Of a DNA stretch of 64,000 nucleotides, positions 28,790 to 38,813 are shown in pieces. Position 1 is the first letter of the stretch. The number at the start of each line of letters is the position of its first letter. The translations under genes and the position numbers were made by a program. Under the pieces are notes generated by a model, which was not told the origin of the DNA, did not search any database, and saw nothing but the letters and a program-made list of their open reading frames with translations. Origin of the DNA: Candidatus Latescibacterota bacterium (lineage in GTDB: Bacteria > Latescibacterota > UBA2968); NCBI GenBank assembly GCA_965204745.1, contig OZ242010.1, positions 4,736,001 to 4,800,000 on the forward strand, in the 5' to 3' direction.

Positions 28790-31700
28790 CTAATCGTCGG
28801 ATGTGTTCAAGTTCAAATCGAGTTGATGGCTATTCTCGCGCACCGCGCGGGTCGTGCTTTCGGAGAAGCCATCGGCCTTGTGGGCGCGGATGGTGATTTC
28901 GACCGTGATTTCGCCGCCATCGTCTCGCAGGTTGCGGATGATCTCATCGCTCAACATCCGGGCGTCGTCCAAAGAGATTTCGCCCTGCATGGTCTTGGTC
29001 GCGGTGATGCGCCTAGGGCCGCGTGGCGCAGATGGTTCAACGCCCTGTGGTTGTCGGATGTTGTACGGTTCGGCATCCTCCGGCGATGGTTCTGCCGGCG
29101 GGGTTTCTTCTTGAACGAGTTGCGCCATTTCCGGATTGACCAACAGGCCCGAGTCGCCTTCTGCCACGCCGGATGGGGAAGTCGCCATGTCAGTGCCAAA
29201 GCGCAGGTTGTGGTAGTCCTCGTTCTGGTACGCTTCGGCGTACCCAAAGTTGCGGGCCGGCACCCCGCGTTTGATGCAGTCCAACAAGATGGTCTTGTTT
29301 CGCAGGCGGTGCATGTACACGTAGCTCGTCATCATCTCCCAAAGGGCGTCGATGTGGATGTGGTCGTGGTACGCCTTATTTTGCCACACGTATTGCGCGA
29401 GCATACTCGCCAGCGATACCGGGGAGATGGCATCTACGAGGGCCTCTTGCGCGATGAATTTTTCAAACGCGCTGTTGGCGATCTCGCCCGTGTCCTCGGA
29501 CGCGGTTTGGAACGTGGAAAACCCATACTCGGCCCGTTGCGGATCGGCCTGCGTGGGCGCCATGGCCCAGCGATAGGCGCGCACCAGTGCGGTGTCCACC
29601 TCGCCTCGCGCTTGCTTCAAACTGCTGCGCGCCTGGTGCAAGCGGTCGCCCGCGAGATTTGCGATGCGCCGTTCCCCGTGGATGATGGAATCCCACGCCA
29701 GATACGTGCGCGCATTCGCCCGGAGACTGCGGAGGTCGTCATTTCTCGCGGTCAAGAACAGCAGGGTATTGCGGTGAACGCGCGGGGCCTGGCCGCGGTT
29801 TTGGAGAATGTCCTGCGCGACGGGCGTGGCCTCGTCCGTCTCTGCGGCTCGGCTCGGCAGGGACTGGCTCGGATGCAGGATGATGAGACGCACCCAATCG
29901 TCGTCTGGCACCGCAGCGGAACCCTCCGGACAGACGAGCACCTCCCGGCGTTGTCCGATATTCTCGCCCAACTCGCGCACGATGAACTCGGCGAGGGCGC
30001 GGTCGCTCAACTGCGCGGCGCGGTCCGTGGCGACTTTGTTCAGATTTTCCTCGGCGTGAAAGTAATAGCGGTCGTCGTCCGTGTACAAATAATACAGGTC
30101 GCCCACCATCCGTTGCAGCGCGTCATTGTACGCGGAAATCCCGTGCCCCGGTTGCACCACGCCCAAGTGGATGTGGCGGCGGTCGATGCCCTTGACCGCG
30201 CCGCTAGGCGCGCTGCCCAAGAAGATCGCGCGTGCCAAGCGACGGGCCGCGCCGCCCACCTCGGCAAAACGCTGCACCGTGGCGTCGATCCCATCGGCTT
30301 GGGAATGGTCGCTGTCCACCTCGGACAGCACGGGCCGCCATTGCCCCGGCAGCAGGCGGTCAAACTCATTGCCCAAAGAACTGTGGCGCAGCGGCATGGT
30401 GGCGGGCATGATCAAGGGGCCGGCGTCGTTTTGGCGGTACAAGTAGCTGATGCAATTCGCCATCATTCGCAACACCCCGCGCGTGCGTTGGAACTGCGGG
30501 ATGGACGACCAGTCCGCGTAGAGCCGGTCGAAAATTTCCGGGTGGATGGGATAGCAGTCCTTCAGCCGCTGCAAGTATCGGTCTTCGCCGACCCCGGCCG
30601 GATACTCCCCACGGTTCTGCCCGTACATGCGGGAAAAGGCTTGGCAAGTGCGGTCGCGCTCGGCCGCATCCAACTTGTCGCCGAACAGCCGGCGGCGCAC
30701 CACGGCGAACGCCTCGCTGATTTCCAAGGGCTCCCAAACCGCTTCGATGCGCCCGAAAATGTGCTCCAATCGCGCGAGTGCTTCTTGCCCGGCGTCGCCG
30801 CCCAATTCCATGTCGCTTTCCGGCAAGGTGATCACCAATACCACATCGGCCGCGCGGCTGACCGACTGGCTGAGGGCTTGCAAGAAAGTATAGAGGTTGC
30901 CCTCGCGCGTGCTCGGCACATTGCGGACGTACGCCACCAATTCGTCCATCAAAATGAGGGATGGGCCGACCGCGCGGAACAAATCGTCGAGTTGCGCGCC
31001 GCCCGGGGACGTGCCTTCGCGTGCGGCCCGCCCGATGATCTCATACGCCTCCTGCCCGCCCAACTGATACGCCATCTCGCCCCAAAGCGCGTTGCGCGGG
31101 TCCCCGCTTGGCGTGGTTCGCGTATCCGTGGGCGCGAGGTGCGTGCCATCCAAAACCGCGACCGCAGTTTGGGGAATGTCACGAGGAGTCAATCCCGCTT
31201 CTGCGATGAGGGCCGCGATTTCCCGGCTGCTTTGCGAGGTGTCGTTGAGCAAGGCGTCCGCGCTGTTGACCAAGTGGTACAGGGCGATGAGGCTGTGGGT
31301 CTTGCCCCCGCCGAACCCGGTCTTGGTCTGAATCACCGGGTCCCCGCCATTGCCGCTGAGCCGCTTGAGCGCGTTCACGAGCAAGGTGCGAATGCCGGGG
31401 GTGATGTACGTCTGCCGGAAGAAGTTGACCGGGTTGCCATACTCCGAGGCCAGGGCGCGCCCGTCATGCACTTGCTGGAGATCCGCGGCAAATTCGGCTT
31501 CTTGGAACGTGCCCAAAGCCACATCCGAACTCGGGGGCATGACGTCTCGCCAGGCCTTGAGGTCGATAGATGAGCGGGGCTTGCGCGCCGGCTTGGCGTT
31601 TTCGGACTCGGCGGGTGTTTCGCGCGGGGCGGCTTCGCTGACGAGCCGATCCCGGATGCCTTCCACTTCGCGCTTCGCGTCAGATGCGTTGATGCGCCCG

Positions 31701-32101
31701 AGCACGTCGGCAATGTCGTACAAGCGGCTCCGGGCGTATTCTGCGTCCATGTCCCGCGTGTTCGGATGCGCGACTTCGTTGCGGACAGTGACGATCATCC
31801 ACAACAAGCTCTGCACGGTTTTGTCCTCCTTGAACACCCGCCCAAAGACCGCGTGCCACTGCCTGCTGACCAAGTTGGGAAAGTCGTTAATGTCAATCGC
31901 GTCCTCAACGCTGTTGCCCTGCGCCAAGGTCTGGCGAAATTGCTCGGCCTGCCGGTCGTTCAGGGAATTGCTGATCACCTCTTCAACCCGCCTGCCCTTA
32001 ACTTGCTTCAAGTAGCGGACGATGAACGGCCGCATCGCGTCTCGGTAAATATCCAGCGCGTCGGAAAGCGCGTCTCGGTTTGGGCGATCCGTTTTTGCCA
32101 T
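28790..32101 (-). CDS. DUF499 ATPase with N-terminal Swt1-like HEPN domain
   Basis: N-terminal RNEVAH (RxxxxH), EFAADL, TGFGGGKTH, MDELVAY, YPIHP and FQRTRGVLR. Confidence 0.9.
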   Translation of the reverse strand: MAKTDRPNRDALSDALDIYRDAMRPFIVRYLKQVKGRRVEEVISNSLNDRQAEQFRQTLAQGNSVEDAIDINDFPNLVSRQWHAVFGRVFKEDKTVQSLLWMIVTVRNEVAHPNTRDMDAEYARSRLYDIADVLGRINASDAKREVEGIRDRLVSEAAPRETPAESENAKPARKPRSSIDLKAWRDVMPPSSDVALGTFQEAEFAADLQQVHDGRALASEYGNPVNFFRQTYITPGIRTLLVNALKRLSGNGGDPVIQTKTGFGGGKTHSLIALYHLVNSADALLNDTSQSSREIAALIAEAGLTPRDIPQTAVAVLDGTHLAPTDTRTTPSGDPRNALWGEMAYQLGGQEAYEIIGRAAREGTSPGGAQLDDLFRAVGPSLILMDELVAYVRNVPSTREGNLYTFLQALSQSVSRAADVVLVITLPESDMELGGDAGQEALARLEHIFGRIEAVWEPLEISEAFAVVRRRLFGDKLDAAERDRTCQAFSRMYGQNRGEYPAGVGEDRYLQRLKDCYPIHPEIFDRLYADWSSIPQFQRTRGVLRMMANCISYLYRQNDAGPLIMPATMPLRHSSLGNEFDRLLPGQWRPVLSEVDSDHSQADGIDATVQRFAEVGGAARRLARAIFLGSAPSGAVKGIDRRHIHLGVVQPGHGISAYNDALQRMVGDLYYLYTDDDRYYFHAEENLNKVATDRAAQLSDRALAEFIVRELGENIGQRREVLVCPEGSAAVPDDDWVRLIILHPSQSLPSRAAETDEATPVAQDILQNRGQAPRVHRNTLLFLTARNDDLRSLRANARTYLAWDSIIHGERRIANLAGDRLHQARSSLKQARGEVDTALVRAYRWAMAPTQADPQRAEYGFSTFQTASEDTGEIANSAFEKFIAQEALVDAISPVSLASMLAQYVWQNKAYHDHIHIDALWEMMTSYVYMHRLRNKTILLDCIKRGVPARNFGYAEAYQNEDYHNLRFGTDMATSPSGVAEGDSGLLVNPEMAQLVQEETPPAEPSPEDAEPYNIRQPQGVEPSAPRGPRRITATKTMQGEISLDDARMLSDEIIRNLRDDGGEITVEITIRAHKADGFSESTTRAVRENSHQLDLNLNTSDD

Positions 32102-32160
32102 TGTGGTCTCCTGACGAATGTTATACCAAATTGATTGGAATGGCGTGGGGCATTCTTATC

Positions 32161-34131
32161 TCAAAAATCATGCACCACATGCCCCTGCCCGTAAAAGAAG
32201 AGGTGATCGATCAACGTAGAGAGAAATACCGCAAACGCATAGCCCACCATCAGGCCGATGAAAAACGGTTGCCCTCGGCGGTACATTGCCACGCCCCCGA
32301 ACTTTAGGATGAGCGATTTGTACGCCCACATCATAAACGTGGGGAACGCGAGGCGGCGCGCCATGTACATCCCTTGCAGGGCCAGGCCCACCGCGGGCAG
32401 GGGCCACCAGATAAAGTGGTAGCGCAAAAAGGTCAGCATCACGACAATGACCATCCCCGAGCCGGCGAATGTGAGGCGGTCCCAGTCCGGCGGTTGGAGG
32501 TTGCGGATCCAGGTCACGGCTTTTTGGTAGTTGATCCGCGTGCCGGCGACCCGGGTCAATCCCCCCAGGTTGTATCCCCCGTGCCGATAGGCCGTGTAAA
32601 TCGTCAGCCCGATAGAGCCGAAAAATCCCAGTGCCATTGCGATCACTATCGCGCCGATCAGGCGATTGCGCCGAAATTTTAGGCCACTGGTCAACTTGAG
32701 CGTCTGCGCCAAGGGCGGGCCGAGGAACCCGCGCGTGGTGGCAAACAGCGCGTACAAAAAGCCCTGACTGACCATCGAGGGCGCGGCGATATCGCGCGAT
32801 CCCAAAATGTAGATGGGCGCGTAGTTCAGCGCCGTATCCGAAATATTGGCGTAGGGCAAGCCCATCTCCGCGACGATGCGCGCCAGGCCAATATAGGCGG
32901 TCAGCGCGAAAAACATGTAGAGCAGCAACATCTTCAGTTCCATGCCCGCCAGATGCAACCACCCGCCCATGTAGAGGAGGCCAATCGCCATCCCGATCAC
33001 TGCGGTGCGATAGGACAATGCCTCCTTGGAATCGTCGACCTCGGCATCGCCGAGCAGGGCTTTGCGGAACACGCCCTTCAAATGCGTGCGCGACATCCAC
33101 AGGCCCACCAACACGATCATCACAAACGCGCCAAAACTCTGTGCGCGCACCGCCTCCAAGCCCCCTTGTCCGACGGACGATCCCACGCCCAAGCGGTCAA
33201 ACACAGACATTTCAATGCCCGTCAAAAAGAAAAACACCCAAAAACTGAACAGGGCTTCCACGCGCGCAAAATACGTAAATCCAATGATGTAAATGCTGAT
33301 CTGCACCCAGAACGTGGGCGCGCCCTCCAGCCAGCGAAACCAACTCGCCGCGTTTGGGGTCGTGGGCAACCTCGGGATGAGCGGAAAAAAAAAGGTGGCG
33401 ATATTCCACACCACCGCGACCGCGCCCAAAAAACAGCCGATGCGAAACCCGCGTTGTCGAATCATGCCCGCCATGCCTTCGGGGTTATCTGCCCCGGCAG
33501 CCATCTTGATGCTCACATTCATCAACGGGTATTCGAGGCGCTCATTCTCCACCCATTGCTTTCGCAAAATCACCATGATGCACAGGGTCGTCCACCCAAT
33601 CGCACAAACCAACGTGCCCCACCAAAAGAGCGGCACGAGCCACGCGCCCCACGGAATCGGCTGATGCGGCGCGAGCCCTTCGTAAAACAGGGTCGCGGCC
33701 CCATCTTCATTGTGCAAGACGATCCACCGCGGGATATGCTCGTGCAGAAATTCGCGCCAGCCATTTTCGGGCGTATCCAAGTAAAAGGGCGCGGCAATCA
33801 CCGTGGGCAAAAAACTCGCCAGCCCAAAGAACGGGAAGAACGCGCCGATCAACCCCATGCCGAGCGCGACTTGCAACTCGGGCGGCGAAAGTGCCCACCT
33901 GCTCCGCGCGCGGTCAAACGCGACATTGACCAAGACCACCACCACGTACACAAAAAACAGCCCCATCGGCAGATAGGACTTGTTCAGGCGCGACGCCAGG
34001 TGCATCATGCCCCAGGTGATATACGCTTCGGACAAGAGCACGACCACCATGCCCACGACAATGGCCTTCAAAGTCACGGCTTGTCTGACAAACCGAGCCG
34101 GCTCAACGGACAAATTCGTTTTCGGGATCAT
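32161..34131 (-). CDS. DUF6785/DUF6784-like polytopic membrane protein (putative transporter)
   Basis: ILRKQWVENERLEYPL, RIVAEMG, WWPLP.VG and PFFIGL; paralog at 55616. Confidence 0.75.
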   Translation of the reverse strand: MIPKTNLSVEPARFVRQAVTLKAIVVGMVVVLLSEAYITWGMMHLASRLNKSYLPMGLFFVYVVVVLVNVAFDRARSRWALSPPELQVALGMGLIGAFFPFFGLASFLPTVIAAPFYLDTPENGWREFLHEHIPRWIVLHNEDGAATLFYEGLAPHQPIPWGAWLVPLFWWGTLVCAIGWTTLCIMVILRKQWVENERLEYPLMNVSIKMAAGADNPEGMAGMIRQRGFRIGCFLGAVAVVWNIATFFFPLIPRLPTTPNAASWFRWLEGAPTFWVQISIYIIGFTYFARVEALFSFWVFFFLTGIEMSVFDRLGVGSSVGQGGLEAVRAQSFGAFVMIVLVGLWMSRTHLKGVFRKALLGDAEVDDSKEALSYRTAVIGMAIGLLYMGGWLHLAGMELKMLLLYMFFALTAYIGLARIVAEMGLPYANISDTALNYAPIYILGSRDIAAPSMVSQGFLYALFATTRGFLGPPLAQTLKLTSGLKFRRNRLIGAIVIAMALGFFGSIGLTIYTAYRHGGYNLGGLTRVAGTRINYQKAVTWIRNLQPPDWDRLTFAGSGMVIVVMLTFLRYHFIWWPLPAVGLALQGMYMARRLAFPTFMMWAYKSLILKFGGVAMYRRGQPFFIGLMVGYAFAVFLSTLIDHLFFYGQGHVVHDF

Positions 34132-34140
34132 GTTTTATCG

Positions 34141-34431
34141 GTGAGAGGTGAGAGGCGAGAGGCAAGACAGGAGAGGCAAGAGACAGTTGTCTGTTGTCTG
34201 TTGTCTGTTGTCTGTTGTCAGGCCCCGCCCATCCACCGTTGATCGCTTTGGGCCGTGGGGTTGGGTGGACTGACTACTGACTACTTGGGCGGTCGGGGTA
34301 GTGAGGGGGCTGGCTACTGCCTTCTGACTACTGACTACTTGGGTGGTCGGGGTAGTGAGGGGGCTGGCTACTGCCTTCTAACTACTGACTACTTGGGCGG
34401 TCGGGGTAGTGAGGGGACTGACTACTGACTA
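34141..34431. repeat. Heptamer tracts and a ~54-bp tandem repeat (3 copies)
   Basis: (GTCTGTT)n and (GAGAGGY)n; TGACTACTTGGGYGGTCGGGGTAGTGAGGGGG occurs three times. Confidence 0.8.
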
Positions 34432-35787
34432 CTGCCTCGTAAATACGGCCATCTGCGTAGGCGCGCCGACTTCTGCATCTACCGGGCCGATGGGGTTGAA
34501 TGTTGCGCGATAATGGCATTGTTTTGCGACGCCGCGTGCCCAATTCTGAAATTGCTTGCGCGTCCACTCGAACCGATGATCCGGATGCCGAAATCGCCCG
34601 CCCGGAAGCGATGCCCAGCGCACATTGTACTCCGCATTGGGCGTGGTGACGATCACCGTGTTGGGACGGGCGTACTCAAAGACCACGCGGTTAAACACCG
34701 GCAACCGAGAAGGCGGGAGGTGTTCGATGACCTCCAAGAGCACCGCCGCGTCATATCCGTTGAGGCGAAGGTCGCGGTAGAACAAGGAGCCGTGGATGAG
34801 TTCGATGCGGTCGCGCTGGTTGGGCGGCAACCGGTCACGGCGTTCTCGCGCGCGGCTCAATGCGCGGTGCGAAACCTCCAGGCCGAGGATTTTTGTGAAT
34901 TGGGGATTATCCGACAAGATCTGCACGAAGCGGCCCTCCCCGCAACCGAGGTCGAGAACGCTTTGCGCGCCGCTCTTTTTTAGGGCTTCAGATGCGGCCT
35001 GGTACCGCTGCTGGTTCAGGCGCAGGTTGTTCTCCACGACGAGTTCACGGTCTGCAATGCCGCGGTCTAAGGGGAGGTCGTCCATAAGGCGAAAGGCTTC
35101 GCTGGTGAGCACGCGCTGGTGCTTGAGGTACCGATCCACGATGAGGTCGCGTTTGGGATGGTCTGGCAACCACCCCTTGCCGCGCCGCATCAAGGTGTCG
35201 ATTTCGGATTGGCTGACAAAGTAGTGTTTGTCGTTGTCGAGCACCGGGATGAGCACGTAGAGATGGGTGAGCAGGGCTTTGAGGGGGATGTCCGCTTCGA
35301 GTGCCACCGCGTAATACGGACTTTGCCCCCATTCTGAAAATTTTTCATCGAGATGACGCGCTTCGGCTGTCACCGCATAGCCCAAGGGCTGGAACAAGTC
35401 GCACAGCAGTTGCTCGCCCCCGCGACACGGCAACACATGGATCGTCGCGCGCAGGGGAATGGGCTTCGTCACCAGTTCCGGACGCTGCGCGCACTGGCCC
35501 TTGAGCGCAGTGCCAAAGACGCGGGCGATGGCAACGCTGGTAAAAGAAGACGCGACATAAGGCCGATCCGTGACGTAATCCACCGAGGCTTTGCGACGGC
35601 GTTTGAGACCAATCGCGTCGAGATCGAGCAACATAGCCGCGGTGCAACGCGCAGGCGTGGCTTCGGGATAAAACACATGCGCCCGCCCAAAAGACAAGTC
35701 AAAACTCTGCGCCCGTGCGGGATGCTTGTGCAACAAATAGCCCAAGTCCGTCGCGGGCGCGTGTGTGGTGGTGATGGTTAAGAGCAT
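34429..35787 (-). CDS. hen1: 3'-terminal RNA ribose 2'-O-methyltransferase Hen1
   Basis: MLLTITTTHAPATDLGYLLHKHP, YVTDRPYVASS, LDLGCGEG, EVIEH and RHPDHRFEWTR. Confidence 0.93.
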   Translation of the reverse strand: MLLTITTTHAPATDLGYLLHKHPARAQSFDLSFGRAHVFYPEATPARCTAAMLLDLDAIGLKRRRKASVDYVTDRPYVASSFTSVAIARVFGTALKGQCAQRPELVTKPIPLRATIHVLPCRGGEQLLCDLFQPLGYAVTAEARHLDEKFSEWGQSPYYAVALEADIPLKALLTHLYVLIPVLDNDKHYFVSQSEIDTLMRRGKGWLPDHPKRDLIVDRYLKHQRVLTSEAFRLMDDLPLDRGIADRELVVENNLRLNQQRYQAASEALKKSGAQSVLDLGCGEGRFVQILSDNPQFTKILGLEVSHRALSRARERRDRLPPNQRDRIELIHGSLFYRDLRLNGYDAAVLLEVIEHLPPSRLPVFNRVVFEYARPNTVIVTTPNAEYNVRWASLPGGRFRHPDHRFEWTRKQFQNWARGVAKQCHYRATFNPIGPVDAEVGAPTQMAVFTRQ

Positions 35788-36319
35788 GAGGAGGTGAGAG
35801 GCAAGAGGTAAGGCGCAAGACGTAAGAGGTGAGAAGTAAGAGGTGAGACGTGAGATGCGATTAGCCACGAGCGGGTTACAACTGGCGACAGCCAGTTCAA
35901 AGGCACAAAAGGCACAAAAGGGGTACAACTGGCGATAGCTAGTTCAAAGGCGAGCCGTATGTAGGGGCGATGCCCCGTGCTCGCCCAAAGATACAAAGAA
36001 ATCCGCTCGCGAGATAATACTACTTTTTCCACAAAAGAACAAGCCCATCAGTCCTTTTACCTGAATAGCCCTTATATCCCCGACCCTTTAGGGCAAGATA
36101 CGGTTTGGCTCTGCGTAGGCTTTAACCCACTTTTTTACGGTTTGCTTTGTCACGGGGCAAGTGTATTTTCCCCTTGTAGCGAGAGTTGTCGCCTGAAGCG
36201 ATACGGCGTATGACGACAACAAAGCTACGTCAAATCACTCAACTCATGGCCTGGCGATGAGAGGGTCGGCAGAGATGTCGCTAACCGGGATCGTGGGAAA
36301 ATTCTTGAAAGGGCGAACA

Positions 36320-36517
36320 ATGGTGCGCGAGATCGTGATGGCGGGAATATCCGTTGGGGCCGTGATTGCCCTGGCGTGGTGGGTCGAACATCCGAAAAAA
36401 GAGGTGGGTAGCCTGCTGGCTATCGGCATATTTGTGGTGCTCGTCGCGGTGGCATTTCTAAAAAAGAAAAACCAAGTGACGCGCTACCAAAAGATGAAGC
36501 ACAAAAAGGAGCGGTGA
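36320..36517 (+). CDS. Small two-TM hypothetical protein
   Basis: Two hydrophobic stretches and a basic tail. Confidence 0.45.
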   Translation: MVREIVMAGISVGAVIALAWWVEHPKKEVGSLLAIGIFVVLVAVAFLKKKNQVTRYQKMKHKKER

Positions 36518-36708
36518 GGAGAGTGAGCGATCCGCCATCAGCATTCAGCCTCGCGTCCAGTGACTTTTGTTTTTTTGTTCTGGATTCTGCCCCTGCTTTC
36601 GTCAGAATGGCGATGGGCGGGCTGACCACTTGGGGTTACCGGGTTGGGACTGACAACTGACAACTGGTCTTGCTAACTGCTTGGGTACTACCTGATCGGG
36701 AGAAACCC

Positions 36709-37278
36709 ATGAAACAAAAATTCGCACAGCGCGTTTCGCAGGTTTTGAACCCCCTGGTCGTCTTGGTGGGTGTGCTCGTGCTCGTGTCCGTCAAGGCGGA
36801 TGGCGCGGGGGTTTGGACCGCGGCGATGGTCGTCTTTGTGTTCGGCGCGCTCGTTCCCCTGTGCGTCGTATGGCACATGTTGCGGCGGGGCGAGATCAGC
36901 GAGGTGTTCATCCCGAACCGTGCGGATCGACCGCGTCCCCTGTTCTCGTTCTCCGCGAGTGCTTGGCTGGGGGCCGGTGTCCTGTACCTGATGGACGCGC
37001 CGCAGGCGTTGAACGCGCTGATGCTGTGTGTGGCGATTTTGAGCGTCATCGCGCTCGTCGTCACCGCGCATTGGAAAATCAGCTTGCACGCCTTGGGAAT
37101 CTGGGCCGCGTGTGCAGCGGTGATCGCCCTGTACGGCAACAGCGGTTGGCTGGCGGTCGTCCCTGCGGGCATGACGTCCTGGGCGCGGTATGCCTTGCGC
37201 GTTCACTCCGCCCCGCAGATTTTGGCGGGTGGGATCGTGGGAGCAGGGATTGCGTTTTTTATTTTTGGGAACGTGTAA
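36709..37278 (+). CDS. Membrane protein, PAP2-like
   Basis: WKISLHA and WARYALRVHS..Q..AG motifs; multiple TM segments. Confidence 0.7.
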   Translation: MKQKFAQRVSQVLNPLVVLVGVLVLVSVKADGAGVWTAAMVVFVFGALVPLCVVWHMLRRGEISEVFIPNRADRPRPLFSFSASAWLGAGVLYLMDAPQALNALMLCVAILSVIALVVTAHWKISLHALGIWAACAAVIALYGNSGWLAVVPAGMTSWARYALRVHSAPQILAGGIVGAGIAFFIFGNV

Positions 37279-37293
37279 CAAATAGGAGGAACC

Positions 37294-38499
37294 ATGAAAA
37301 TCAAATCCATCGAAGCGGTAGATGTCGCGATGCCACAGCGGCAGTCGACCACGCCTGCGCGCAGGCCGAGTTGGCGGCAGTCGTCGCCCATTGGCCTGCC
37401 CATGAACAAGTACCCAGAATTTCCGCCCGACGTGCCGAGCAAATCCCCCGGCATTGGCGGGCGCGGCGTGTGGGTGAAAGTCACCGCAGAGGACGGCACA
37501 TGGGGCTTGGGCAGAACCGGGTTTGGCGAACCGGTTGCGGCCTTGGTCGACGCGTTCTACGCGCCCCTGCTAAAAGGCCGCGATTGTTTTGCCACCGAAC
37601 ACCTCAACGACATGATGTGGCGCGCGTCCAAACGGCACGGGTCATTGGGCCTGTCCGCGTGCGCGCAAAGCGCGATTGATCTCGCCCTGTGGGATTTGAA
37701 GGGCAAATTGCTCGGACAACCGGTGTACCGCTTGCTCGGCGGCCCATCCCGCGAGAAAATCCGGTGCTATTGCACGGGCGACGACCTCGATTGGTCGATG
37801 GAACTCGGTTTTGAGGCGTTTAAGATCACCAACCCCGTGCATTATGAACAGGGCATCGCGGGCATCAACATCATGGCGGACAAAGTCGGCCTGGCCCGCG
37901 ACACAGTTGGCAAAGACGCCGAGTTGATGATCAATCCGGTGATGGCCTACGACGTGGAATTTGCCATTCGCTTGGCAGAGCGGCTCAGGCCCTACGAATT
38001 GCGCTGGATGGAAGAACCCCTGTTTCCAGAAGACCTGGAGGGCCATATCCAACTGCGAAAAGCCATGACCTGGATCCCCATCGCAACCGGGGAAGACCAC
38101 CATACGCGCATCCCCTTTCGCCAACTCGTGGAAAACCGCTGTGTCGATGTCGTCCAACCGGATTTGCACTGGTGCGGGGGCATGACCGAAGCCGTGAAAA
38201 TCCACCACATCGCCGAGGCCGCGGGCATCAAGAGCAGCCCACACGGCGGTTGCAATTCCGCGTACGGACAGCATTTTTGCTACGCCATGCCCGAATGCAC
38301 GCTGTGCGAGTTTCACTTGAGCACCCCCGTGGGCGTGCCGCTTGAAGAGGTCGCGCGCTTGCCGGGCGTGCCCGTGCCCAAAGATGGCTACGTCATTCCC
38401 TCTGACGCGCCGGGCTTCGGGATGGACATTGCCGAGGATTGGATCACCCCCTGGAACCACGGACGATTGACGACTGGCGGGGAACATGTGATTCTGTGA
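37294..38499 (+). CDS. Mandelate racemase/enolase superfamily acid-sugar dehydratase (L-rhamnonate dehydratase-like)
   Basis: SAIDLALWDLKGK, WMEEP, TGED, QPDLHWCGG and PHGG. Confidence 0.88.
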   Translation: MKIKSIEAVDVAMPQRQSTTPARRPSWRQSSPIGLPMNKYPEFPPDVPSKSPGIGGRGVWVKVTAEDGTWGLGRTGFGEPVAALVDAFYAPLLKGRDCFATEHLNDMMWRASKRHGSLGLSACAQSAIDLALWDLKGKLLGQPVYRLLGGPSREKIRCYCTGDDLDWSMELGFEAFKITNPVHYEQGIAGINIMADKVGLARDTVGKDAELMINPVMAYDVEFAIRLAERLRPYELRWMEEPLFPEDLEGHIQLRKAMTWIPIATGEDHHTRIPFRQLVENRCVDVVQPDLHWCGGMTEAVKIHHIAEAAGIKSSPHGGCNSAYGQHFCYAMPECTLCEFHLSTPVGVPLEEVARLPGVPVPKDGYVIPSDAPGFGMDIAEDWITPWNHGRLTTGGEHVIL

Positions 38500-38554
38500 G
38501 ACGTGAGAGGCGAGAGGGGAGAGGGAAGGGGATTTTAGCCACAAAAGGCACAAA

Positions 38555-38720
38555 AGGCACAAAAGGTGAGCGATAGCCCGTTCAAAGGCACAAAAGGTGA
38601 GCGATAGCCCGTTCAAAGGCACAAAAGGTGAGCGATAGCCCGTTCAAAGGCACAAAAGGTGAGCGATAGCCCGTTCAAAGGCACAAAAGGTGAGCGATAG
38701 CCCGTTCAAAGGTGAGCGAT
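38555..38720. repeat. 31-bp tandem repeat, 5 copies plus a partial copy
   Basis: AGGCACAAAAGGTGAGCGATAGCCCGTTCAA repeated with no spacers. Confidence 0.9.
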
Positions 38721-38813
38721 ATGTGTAGGGGCGATGCCCCCGTGCTCGCCCGCTCCACCGTGTCTGAATCGCGGATTAAGTAGTATTGAGTTGCTTTTGA
38801 TAGGAGTTTTCCG

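Noticed and set aside
28823-31573. 916-aa plus-strand ORF, and similar long ORFs such as 45797..46741, 44030..45526, 32953..34242 and 18438..19793
   Set aside because: Antisense shadows of well-supported genes in GC-rich DNA, with no recognisable motifs.
38555-38720. 31-bp repeat as a CRISPR array
   Set aside because: The units are contiguous with no unique spacers, and there are no cas genes.
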